Positions 1 to 11,425 of a stretch of DNA of 64,000 nt are shown one piece after another (positions within the stretch are counted from its first letter, which is position 1; every line of letters begins with the position of its first letter). The DNA lies in assembly GCF_009914755.1 (NCBI RefSeq), contig NC_060927.1; one strand, given 5' to 3'. The DNA is from the human T2T-CHM13v2.0 reference genome, Homo sapiens. The notes under the pieces are model-generated. The model had not been told where the DNA came from and searched no databases. It was given only the letters and a program-made list of their open reading frames with translations. The position numbers were made by a program, and so were the translations under genes.

Positions 1-1989
1 AAGAAGTCTTCTTCCAAGTGATTCTGATAACATGCTAAAGTTTGAGAACCAGCACTCTAAACAAATTTAGAACAAAAATATTACATGTGGGTTCTCTTGT
101 ATACATAATTATTCTTTAATGGAAGATTTGGGCAAAGTTAATTATGCTATAGATATTAAGAATCCAATGTTTTGGTTCTTCCCAAAATGAAAATAATCCT
201 GAAAGAAATCTGGATTTTATCTTTATTTTCTACAAATAGAACTCTAAAACCATTAAGTGTTCATAAAACTTCTCCCCTAGAAGAAGAAATCAAAATGAAC
301 TCTATCAACCAACAGGCCAGAATACATGCCTTTAAAAATCAAACTTACTTTGTTTCATATAACACATAGCATAATTCCCACTACCACAGGGAACCATCGT
401 TTTGAAAATTCAGTGAAATATCATTATTAAAGCAAAGCACCTGGAAAACCGTAGTTACTCAAATACGTGAAGTCCAATGAACAAACTGCTCAATAAATAA
501 TTCTGAATGGCAGGATGATGGGTGACATTTGTTTATTTGTTTTTCTGTTTTAATCTAGGGACTAGTCAAGTGACAGGAGTTCTGATTCCTGCAGTTCTTC
601 CCGTTTCCCTGAGTTTAAACATCAACTTTCTCTCATTGGCTACGTGGGCCAATAAATTTTTGGCTTTTTTGACTTAAGGTAGTTTGAGCTAGATTCCTAA
701 TTATTGCAATCTTGACTATTTCTGTAGCACTTATGATACTAAACCTGTTTAGTTTTGTAAAAGAAGGGCAAGAACAGTTAAACCACATAGCTACACAAGA
801 AATCTGATTTGTTCTTAGAAAGCAGCCACCAGGTTTGTTTTCTCCCTATGACTAACTACCATGTATTGTATGTATTATGAGACCCAATACACCGATGATA
901 CTGGCATCATGTATCACCCTTAATTTCATTTCTTGTCCCTCTCAAAGGCTGTTAAAGTTTCATCCTAGGTTGTATTTGCTAATGCTCTTAAATTGTAGAG
1001 AAAAATATTTTGAATACATTTTAAGAAAGATGCTTTTTTAACATATTCCTTCCACTAGTTTCTTTTCCCAACCACAGGACAATTTAAGTAGATTTCCTAA
1101 ATTGACAGAGGGAGAAAGGAGGAGAGAAAGTCATATTTAATCCTATTTAAAAACAAAATTTTTACCATTTACCTTGTGATCTCAACTATTCATGATTTCT
1201 GAGTAACACAGTAATTTATGTGCATTGCCCTTACTGAGAATTCCTTTTTGGCAGCACAGTCTGTGTCACTCATTGCATGGAACTGAAAATACAGCTAAAT
1301 AAATGAGTGAAGTGAATGAGTCAAGACTTCAATCTCCAAAGTAATTAATCCAAATTACTCAACAGAAGAGTGGCATACACAATGTACAAAGTATGACTAT
1401 CAAGGGTACAAGATGCAACTACCAACTTATAGGTATATTAACACGGCAGAACAGATAACATTTCCAACAATACTCAAAATGGTTTTGCCACCATTTTTAA
1501 ACCGCCATAGATGCCAGTTTACAAACAGGAATGTCGTTGCTTATCACATCTTAACACATCTAACATTCCCCACAACTGGTTTGGTACCACATGACTGATC
1601 CCCTGCTTTATTATCAGACTTTCCAGTATGACTACTGGCCACTGAAATCACCGATGGGCAACAGCAAATAGAAAGAATTGTCACAGTTATTTAGGGAAGT
1701 GTGTCAATGCTCTGAAGCTCAAAACCACTCCAGAAGTACTTTAAATGCACTGCCTACAGCCTCCAAGGCTACAGTTGTGTGTGTAACTTCTAGTACTTTT
1801 TTTTTAGAGGGGGTGTGGGGCGGGGAGTAGGGAACTATAACAGAAAAACAGGAATACTAGTTTAAAGGGCCCACTTCATAAAGACAACTTTCCCCTAATC
1901 CAGTAACATTCAACACACAAGATGAAAGCCCCAAGATTTTGAAAAAACAGTTATTTATTAGAACTCTTAACTGGAACTCCTTCTCCCAG

Positions 1990-2555
1990 GCTTCATTTAT
2001 TCTGTATACATTTACTCAACCCCTACCAAATGCCAGGCACTGTAACAAACACAGCAAACTAAAGCCATGAAACAAAAAGGTCTTGCCCTCAAAAAAGGTG
2101 ACAACCTAAAAGAGACAGATTGGAAATCAAATTAAAAATACAGTCTATGTGTTATGACAGAGGTATGAATGACTGGAGGGGAACGGAAAGGCTTCCTGAG
2201 ACACATGTCTCAGACAAACAGGAGTCAGCCTGGACAAAAGGAAGAAGCATTTCAGAAGAAGACACAAAGGAAAAGCATATGAAGGTAAGGTTAAGGAAGT
2301 GAGATATCATGGTCCACGGTTGGAAAACACCAAGCAGTTTGGCATAACACACACAAACGCTGTGTATGGAGGGCAGACGGAGCGATGATAGGCTGCTTCC
2401 AGAAATTCTAAAGAATGACACAGAAAAGGACCAAATCACAAGACCCTTGTTGATACTCAGGATTGGATTTTATCCAAAAGGCAATGAGAATCAGGAGATC
2501 ATTTTAAGCAGGAATGGGACATAATCTACTTGGGATTTTAGAAAACACTCTGATA
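1990..2555 (-). mobile_element. L2 LINE 3' fragment
   Basis: Reverse-oriented L2 3' motifs (tgccaggcactg; ggattttatcc...ttttaagcagg). Confidence 0.65.
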
Positions 2556-3319
2556 GATGAATTCAGCTTTTCACCCTGTGGGATCTGAATTGCCTTTAAG
2601 TTGTTCAAGTAGAGATGCCAGGAAGCAGCTGGATTTGTTTGTCCTGTGTTCGTGTGCATGGGAGTGGTGATGCAGGTTAACAAATAGTATCTGGGAATCA
2701 CCAGCTCCTGAGGAGATGTGGAAAGGTGTGGACATCATCACCTAAAGATAGTGAAAGGGAGGGGGGCAAACAACTATTAATAAGTAACTTGTATCAACCT
2801 ATACAACAAACCTTATATCCAAGAATCATAAGGCCCACTTTAGATCCCAGATTCAGCGAGGATTTTCCTGAGGAAGCCCCAGAGAATGACTATCTCTAAC
2901 TTCTAAAAAGCACTTGTGGTCTCTATTATGTACTTGCTCATACCATGGCGTTCACATCACTGGGTACTTCACTGGCTTTCTTCTTATGGTCTTATCTGTC
3001 AACAAGTCTGCTAAGTTCCTTGAAAGCAGGAATTTTCCCATTTATTCAACCAATGTCTCAAAAGAGAAATGACTGATAAACAATACTATTGATGAGAGGC
3101 AAGAGCTGACTCCTTTTACGTCCTCTAAAAAAGCTGCACACACCGGGTTTCATTCCTTTTGCATAATGATGCCTGGAGGAAACAGCTGTTCAAGTATGTG
3201 GGTAATAAACACAGGGTGAAGACAGGTCCTCTCTCTAGAACGTGTAAGGAAGGGTCTGCATGCAGAGTTGAATGTCAAAGATATTCTCAGGATAAGACAG
3301 ACTGGTAAAATAAGCAAGA

Positions 3320-4110
3320 ACTGCACACAACAACATGGATGAATCCTGCACACCTAACCATGAGTGAAACAAGCCAGATTCAGAAGTATATGCATGTACC
3401 ATGGTGCATACACTGTGGCTACTAAGCAAAGTGGTACATACAGTATGTATGCTTCTGAGTCTGGCTTGTTTCACTCACTGTGGAGTATACTGTATATAGG
3501 CAGTGGTACATACAGTATTTACTATGTACTGTATACATAGTATACTCCACTCACATAAATTTCAAAAACAAGCACAACTGATCTCTAGTATTAAAAGACA
3601 GGAATGGGGTGGGAGAAGTGGCCCACAGGGGACAGTGCACAAGGGGCTTCCGGTAATGTTCTAGTAATGTTCTCTTTAAGAATCTAGGTGCAAGCCAGCA
3701 CAGTGGCTCATGCCTATAATACCAACTCTCTGGGAGGCTGAGGCGGGAGGATCGCTTGAGCCCAGAAATAAGACACTAGCCTAGGCAACATAGGGAGACC
3801 GTGTCTCACAAAAAGAAAAAAAAAAAGCCCTTAAAAATGTGCCAGGCATGATGGCACATGTCTATGGTCCCAACTACTCAGGAGGCTGAGGTGAGAGTAT
3901 CACCTGGGCCTCAAAGTAGGGGCTACAGTGAGCTGTGATTACACCACCACACTCTAGCCTGGGCAACAGAGCCAGATACCTGTCTCAAAAAAAAAAAAAA
4001 ATCAATCTGGGTGCTAGTGGCAAAGATATGCTCATTCTGCAAAACTTTATCAAATCCTTATACTTACGATTTGTGCACTTCTATGTATGCGACCGTTGAA
4101 AAAGTTTGTA
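3320..4110 (+). mobile_element. Old L1M 3' UTR fragment, interrupted by an Alu
   Basis: caacatggatgaatc...agtgaaacaagccaga...ttgtgcacttctatgtatg, typical L1M 3' motifs. Confidence 0.7.
3694..4000 (+). mobile_element. AluJ-like element
   Basis: Dimeric Alu with A-tail; TSD-like AATCTAGGTGC/AATCTGGGTGC. Confidence 0.9.
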
Positions 4111-4659
4111 TCTATAGGTAAAAAGGGAAGTGGGAGTACTAGTTATGAAAAGTAACACAGAAGATGCCACAAAGAGAAAAAGCATGGGTGATGAGGCAAA
4201 AGAGAAAAGAAGTGCCAGAAAGACTGCAGAATGTGTTAGCTCAAGTCATTTAGGACACGAGAGACCTACTATTTACTCAAAGTCCTAATGAACCAAATTA
4301 GTTCTGATAACTATTTTGGTAAACTACAGCTACTTGAGAAAGTTTTTCTTAATCCTGGAATTTTCTTCAGCACCTACTGAAATACACAACAAATATATGC
4401 CACATGAATAAATAATATGTAAGTGAATCCATTCATAATCTCCCACCCTAATGACTAACAATACTAGTAAATTAGCTGGCCTAGGTTTAGTCTACAACAT
4501 GGAACTAAGTTTATAAGTTTAGCAGCCTATGCACAAGGGCTCCAAATCTAAAAGCTGTCTGTCCCCCAACCAAATGAGCTAAATGGCACAGGTAAACCTA
4601 CATAAGAATTATCCCCGGCTCCAAAAGGAAGTAGCATTACTTTTTCCTAAAAAATTAAA

Positions 4660-4908
4660 TGCATTATCTCAACATTGTCTATAAAGCAGTCACTCCACCC
4701 AGTTCTCATCACTCTGTAGTTCCTTACCCTTCTCTAAATTCTTCGTAGCACTTGTCGCCAGCTGAAATTGTTATTTTTCTGTTAGTTTATTTTCTCTTCC
4801 TTTCCATAGTATTTTAAGCTCCGTAAGAACAGGGACCTGGTCTGTCTTTATACCACTGTACACCAAGAGCGCAAATGGCTGTGTGCTCAATAAAAACTTG
4901 TCAAATGA
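4660..4908 (+). mobile_element. L2 3' end
   Basis: taagctcc...agggacctggtctgtc...gtgctcaataaa. Confidence 0.7.
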
Positions 4909-5993
4909 CCACAACTACCCAGGTAATTTACTTTAAGGTCACCAAGTACACATAAGATCAAGTCACCACCAATAAATCAGTAAGTCCAATGAAACAGTAA
5001 ACACAAAATAAATTATTACTCTGTTCCTGGGTAAAATGATCTTAAATTTTACCAGCTTTCAGCTTGGAAGGTTTGATAAAAGTTTGATTTGGAAGACAGG
5101 TAATTTTTATATATTTTTATGGAGAATTTTTATGAAAGACAAACACTACAACAAAAACAATGTCATGAAAGGAGCAAAACCACTGCTGTGGATTACCAGG
5201 AAACATGAGTAAGAGGCTTGGGCTTTGCCCAGTGTAGGTACCTTATCTTATTTCTGGGAGTTTTTCTACCTAAAAAGCATCACACGATGATGCCTTTTTG
5301 AAGCTTCCAGCAAAGATCATAGCTATGTTGTGTTTTTCCATAAAACTTCTACTAAAGTACTTCATGACAATTCAAGAGATTTTTGGTTGTCAGGGTATCT
5401 AAATTTAAGGGGGGAATGGATAGTTCAAAGCTACAACTGCAAAAAACTGGTAAATTCTCAAACAAGAGAAACGTATTACACACAAAACAGCTGCTTCTTC
5501 AACACTTCCAATTCAATATCCTGAATACCAAATTTTTTCAAAGATAATTATTTCTACACAATTTTATTCTACACCTAAAGTAATTTCCTCACTCATACTT
5601 GTGTATAAAAGCTCCAAAAACAGTCAGCTTTTCAGAGGGGCAGTATTCAAATAAACATGGATGAAATAAAACATGATCTCAACACAGCGATACATTTCTG
5701 GAGCTGAAGACCAGAAAGTTCTAAACCTATGGTAATTAGCCAAAGTAAAAATTTTCCAATTTTGCAAATGAATGTGATTAAGCAGTAGCTGAAAGTAAAA
5801 ATGCAGGACTACTATCAAGGGAACACTAATCAACAACTATATTCAGCAATGTCTTGGTAATTTTTATTTTACAATTAAGGTAACATTGAATGCAGAGAAA
5901 TAACAAGACAAGAAAAGTAAAATTAAATCACCAAGTCTAGGAAGCTACTCTGCCCAATCTTGAGAAATGCAACTTAACAAAACAACAGTTAGG

Positions 5994-6118
5994 GGCTGGG
6001 CAAATCCCAGCACTTTGGGAGGCCAATGGAGGAGGATCCCTTGAGGCCAGGAATTCAAGACCAACCTGAGCAACATAGCAAGACCTTGTCTCTTCATTTA
6101 AAAAAAAAAAAAAAAAAC
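5994..6118 (+). mobile_element. FLAM / free left Alu monomer
   Basis: Left monomer only, followed by poly(A). Confidence 0.85.
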
Positions 6119-6484
6119 CACCACCACAACAAAAAAAACATCAGCTGGAAGTGTAGGAAGGTGGAAAATACAAAGAAAAAAAAAACACACACAGTTGGGT
6201 ACATTCATGCATTTGTAGTTTTTTTCTTCTACTTTTAAAAGCCGGTATCCTCTTTCTTGAGACTGGCAAAGCAGGATGGGAAATACTACTTTACCACTTA
6301 AGAAAGGGATAGTGTTTCTCCCCCAGCCACTTGCCACCTTACACACACATTCTAACATGCACTTTTATTTTCTACCTTGAAAGGCTCAGGGTACATCAGC
6401 ATGGTAGGGAAGCAACCTGTTGCCCATGACTTCTCCATTCTGTTCTGTTAGACTTACAGAACGGATATAACGAAACCATTTGAC

Positions 6485-6592
6485 ATGATGGAAATGTTCT
6501 AAAACTGGGTTGCCGTGATGGCTGCACAACTCTTTAAAATGACTAGAAATCACTGATTTGCAGACTTACAATGGGTGTTATAAGTAAATTAT
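6485..6592 (+). mobile_element. L1M 3' terminal fragment
   Basis: gatggaaatgttctaaaactgg...gtgatggctgcacaac. Confidence 0.7.
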
Positions 6593-6604
6593 CACTCACT
6601 CCTG

Positions 6605-6893
<289 letters not shown>

Positions 6894-9800
6894 TTAGAAA
6901 AACAAGTTTATCAAAAAACCAAAGACACCCAACACATACTGATAATACATCTAAAATATAGATCTCTCCTGCTGCCCCTGAACCTCCACACAGCCTAGGC
7001 CACCTTCTTCCCTTAACAGATTCCTTAAGACCATCTCACCTTTCATTCTGCTCTATTGCTGCTCCAAAAAGAAAAAAAAGACCTCATTCTCAATCACCTT
7101 AACAATTCCACCTGCAGAACTAAAAATATCTGACGTACATGGTAATAGTGAAAAGGTGACAGGTGATTTTTTAATTCTCCTTGTCCAAAAGAAGTGGAGA
7201 AGAAGGAATCCTTCTAACTGATTCCCTAAGCCAGACCCCTGCTTCCGTACAGCCTTTATAATTGGAATTATGGTCATTCCCATACACGGCTTATCAACAT
7301 TTTAACACTCCCCTCTCCTCTCTCCAATCCCTTCAGCAGCATCTTTCATATCCTACGAATTTAATAAGTGTTCTTCAGACGAATGGCAGTATTTTCCCAA
7401 TCACATCAGCAATATCAATTCTACCCTCAAAGGGCAAATATAGTTCTCTATCATACTGGCCTACCACTAAGTCATAGGTGGTTTCCTTGGTTGACTGGTA
7501 GATGAAGGTGACAGTGATGAGAATGATCAAAAACTGCAAAATAACCACCGGCTAGCCAACTAGCTAGAATTGTTAAAATACATAACACCAGCTCAGAGCA
7601 ATAAAATACAATTTCTGTGCCACGAAACAAATTATTCTAAAAATCACAAATATTGCCTATTACCCAGCATCCAAAACACAAGTTTTCTACTGCCATCAAT
7701 CTATACCAAGTCTGATTAAAACTACACAAGATAGAAAATGTCAAGTTCATACTCAAACTTTTGAGGTACAAAAAAAATACAAGAGGGCCAAGAAAAAAAC
7801 ATGGCAGTAACCAGTATCACAAAGGGATTAACCAACAGTTAACACACAAGACAGGATAGGATGAAAACCTGTCAAACTCACTTCTCCACATAAAACCTGT
7901 TCATAATGTAGGAAAACCAAAACGTTATTTGCATTCCAACCAACGATGACTTCTGAATAGATCTAAAACACCAAAATATTGACAATAACCAAAATGAAAC
8001 CAACTGTGGCCAGCTAAGAGTGTCATGAATGCACACAGTTTTCAGTCCTCACACCTGTTAAATCTGTATTCAAATTCTATTAAATGACATCAGAAAATTA
8101 CTCGAAGACCCTTAAAGTAGACGCCTTTCCCTGTTCCTGAATAGACTCTAAAATATTTTCACTGTAAATAATTCAGTAGTTTTAACTAAGTTTCAACAGT
8201 CATCTGCGGCTCTGAAAAAACTTTAAACATACATACATACCTTTTTTAAAAGTCAACACCTTCCATGTGCTTCCGAAAAATTGATGAGTAAGGTTTTTTA
8301 AAATACATGTTAAAAGCTGAAATGCACTTCATTATGAGATAATCATTCCCAGCGATAAATCAGACATAAACTTTTGAATTTGGTTTACGTTTCTCTTCAC
8401 CAGTAATGTTCTCAAGTTCTTAGGAGTTTCCTAATCATTTACTTGAACACCATCTACGGTAACACTCAAAGCAAAACCACAATAAAGAGGTTTGGCCTCT
8501 GAGGGCTTCTACATGTAAAAAACATTACTCATAAATAATATACAATCACTACTGCTTTAAATAACAAATACATTTCTAAAAACTTTCATGCCATTTGATG
8601 GAATTCCCTATTTTAGACAGCAAAACAAAATCTATGAAACTACTGATGCGTGTTTTTTACTTTAGATATATTCCATGATAATACAAAACACCGACAAAAA
8701 TTTCTTAAAACAACGTATGGAGTAATATTTTTAGTTTTTGATTATTTTTATTCAAAGGTATCATCATTTAAAGAGTGCAATTCACAGAAACAATAATTAG
8801 GCCAATTAATCTCAGAGTTAGATTATTTTAGGTTGCCCAATAATCCTATTTAATCCCAAGTATAAATAAACCAATGAAACCTTAACATGACATATTCATC
8901 TAATCAAAGAACAATATCCAGTTGGAACTGTGAAGTACTACTACACAGTCACACTGAAATGTCACCAATTCAAAAATAAGTACCTGATAAAATGAGACTT
9001 TTGGCAATCAACTGTAATGTTCTAAAGGATCCACCAAAAACTCATTCTTGTCTCACACACACACCCAATGCCTGTTCATTAAATGACACCAAGAACAGTT
9101 TAACTTCAAACTCTAACGCCAATGAAACAAATTCAGACATAAATTAAAAGATGACCAAAAGACTACATGAGTCTTGACATTTTATCCAAGTATTTATGAA
9201 TGTTAAATCTAAAGTAGTTAACTCGTTTTAACATCACATGCAGTTTACGACCTTCATCAAAATGAAAAGGAATTCTTTCAACATTCTTTTCATCATCACA
9301 GAGCTTTAAACACAAACTTCCACAGTCACTGCTCATTTCACCATTTTACAAAATCGTCCCCCATCACCACCCCACATAAGCTAGTCAAAGAAAAAAAAAA
9401 CTGACAGCTCAGTCTCCCACAAAATGCACTTACTTTATCAAATACCGACATTTATTTTCAAGTGCAAGAAAGTAACAGACATTTGCAGCTCAAGACAGGA
9501 AAAGCACAGCCAGCCTTACTACCCCCACTAAATTTCTCAGACAAGAGAAAAGTAACTCGGGACAGGCAAATTAAAACCATTCTACACATGGCAAAAATAT
9601 AAAACATCTATGTCCTACAATCCATAGCGATAGTACTGCTTCCTCTCTTCCCCAGCCAATACCAATAAGCCAATAGACACAAGTGTCAAATAAATCCAGT
9701 GTCCGTTTGAAATAAAATGAAAACCTGGAAAAATTCCCTCCCATAAATCATTTAGCGAACACAAGGCTTTTCACCCAACACTTAATACACTCAACCCAAA

Positions 9801-9944
9801 AACACACACAACCCACCCGCAAATACAAAAAAAGCCGTAATCAACAAGTTGGAAAAAGGGCAGAAAGTAAGGCTCACTACCCTCTCACTTAAAAAAAAAA
9901 AAAAAAAAGTCCTTTAACAAAAGGTAACACAGATCTTCAAGTAC

Positions 9945-10070
9945 CTGGTGGAGGTGCCTTTCCTCACATCGCAGATGCTGCATTTAAAGGCTTCAGCACT
10001 GTTTCTGAAGGTGCAGACGCTACAATCCCAAAACCCTTCGTCTGCGGCAGGTTTCGCTTGTCTTTTTGGC
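9945..10070 (-). CDS. RYBP: RYBP coding exon 2, 126 nt, RanBP2-type (NZF) zinc finger
   Basis: Encodes (R)[41 protein letters not shown](R), with W-x-C-x2-C...C-x2-C. Pyrimidine tract plus AAG acceptor at 10073-10071; donor AG|GTACTT at 9944-9943. Confidence 0.97.
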
Positions 10071-10557
10071 CTTCGGAGGAGTGGAGAGTGGGGGAAAAGG
10101 GAGGGAAGAGGCAGGGAGCAGGAAAACGGGGGAGAGACAGCAAAACACAGACGCGGGTGAGCCGTCGTAATTTCGCAGGAATCCAGTGCTGGAAACTTCG
10201 CTCGGGAGACCACCCACCCACCCTTTCCGGGGACTGGAAGAGGGAGCGAGGAAGGGAACCGGGCGCCCCCACTGGCACCCTGCAAGCCCCGGGCCCGGGC
10301 CGGATAGCCTCGCACACCAGGCGGTGGCGGCGGCGCCCCGGGAAGGGCCGCGGCGGGCGCAGGAAGCGGGCGGACTTGTGGACTTGAGCGTGGGGCTGGG
10401 GGGGCCGGGAGGGGAGCCGCGGGCCGGATCTGGAGGGGGCGCGCAGGGGCAGCCCGAGGCCGGCGACGGGGAGTGGGCCGGCTCCTTCCCTCTCCACTCC
10501 CAAGCTCGCGCCCTCCCTCCCTCCCCACCTGGTTAAATCTCCCTTTGTCTGGGAGGA

Positions 10558-10603
<46 letters not shown>

Positions 10604-10843
10604 AGGGCGGCTGAGGAGGAGCCGCCATGGCTGCGGCGCGCACGGCCGCCGGCCCCGAGCGGGAGCGACACCGCCTCCCGCCGCCGCCGCCACCGCCACC
10701 GCCCGCCGCCTCCCCCCGCCCCCGGATCTCCATCTTAGCAGCGCCTCCCCCCGCCCCGGGTGGCTCCGGGGCCTAGTCGTCGCCGGCCCCCGCCCGCCCC
10801 CAGCCCTCCCTCCCCTTCCGCCCCCTCCGCTCGGAGCAGGTAC
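10071..10843 (-). other. RYBP: RYBP intron 1 (773 bp, GC-rich)
   Basis: GT..AG ends; joining the exons gives the continuous RYBP frame. Confidence 0.95.
10560..10603 (+). repeat. (GGC)14 trinucleotide repeat in RYBP intron 1
   Basis: 14 uninterrupted GGC units (10560-10601) plus GG. Confidence 0.97.
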
Positions 10844-10875
10844 CTGGTCGGGCTCTTCTTGTCGCCCATGGTCAT
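10844..10875 (-). CDS. RYBP: RYBP coding exon 1 ([11 protein letters not shown], phase 2)
   Basis: Minus strand ATG ACC ATG GGC GAC AAG AAG AGC CCG ACC AG|GTACCT matches the known RYBP N-terminus; GT donor at 10843-10842. Confidence 0.97.
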
Positions 10876-11017
10876 GGATGGGCTGTACCCCGCCCCCCCC
10901 AAGCCGAAACCGGCGCCGCTCGGAGGAGAAACGCCGTCCGGGGAGTCGTCGCGGACCGGCCCCCCTCCCTCCCCCGCGCCCGCCCGCCCGCCCTCAGCCG
11001 CTGGGGCTCGAGCTCCG

Positions 11018-11035
11018 GCCGCCGCCGCCGCCGCC
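11018..11035 (+). repeat. (GCC)6 in the probable RYBP 5' leader
   Basis: Direct reading. Confidence 0.9.
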
Positions 11036-11085
11036 GCTGCCAGTCTCCGGACGAGACTAGTCCCCGCCAGCGCCGCCTCCGCCGA

Positions 11086-11425
11086 GTGACTGACGAGGGG
11101 CGGGGCCTGGCGCCGCGCGTCACGCGCCGTGCGGCCAATGGGAGGGCGGCGGCCGGCGCCGCGAGGGCGGAGGCGGGGCGCGGGGGAAGGCGGGGCGTGG
11201 CGGACGTGGGCCGGGCGGTCGGTGTGCGTGCCCGGGAGTGTGTGCGCGCTGGGGGCGCGCGTGCCTGTCGGTGGCCCCGCGGCCCGGCGCGGCGGAGCGT
11301 GCAAGCCCGGCGGGGCGCACGTGGCCGCGCCCGGGAGCTGGCAACTGGCTTCGGGCCCCGCACGGCGCCCCGTGAGGCTGTTGCCGGGACCCCGGCCCCG
11401 AAGCCGCCCCGGGGAAGTAGTTCCA
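11086..11425 (-). promoter_or_regulatory. TATA-less RYBP proximal promoter motifs
   Basis: GC box GGGGCGGGG (11097-11105), CRE half-sites TGACG/CGTCA (~11091, ~11117), CCAAT (~11135), E-box CACGTG (11318-11323), ZNF143-like AACTACTTCCCC (minus, 11411-11422). The TSS cannot be fixed from sequence. Confidence 0.65.

Noticed and set aside
9914-10699. 261-aa ORF containing the zinc finger
   Set aside because: Non-ATG start and read-through of intron 1 into exon 2 and intron 2; canonical splice sites explain the real coding part.
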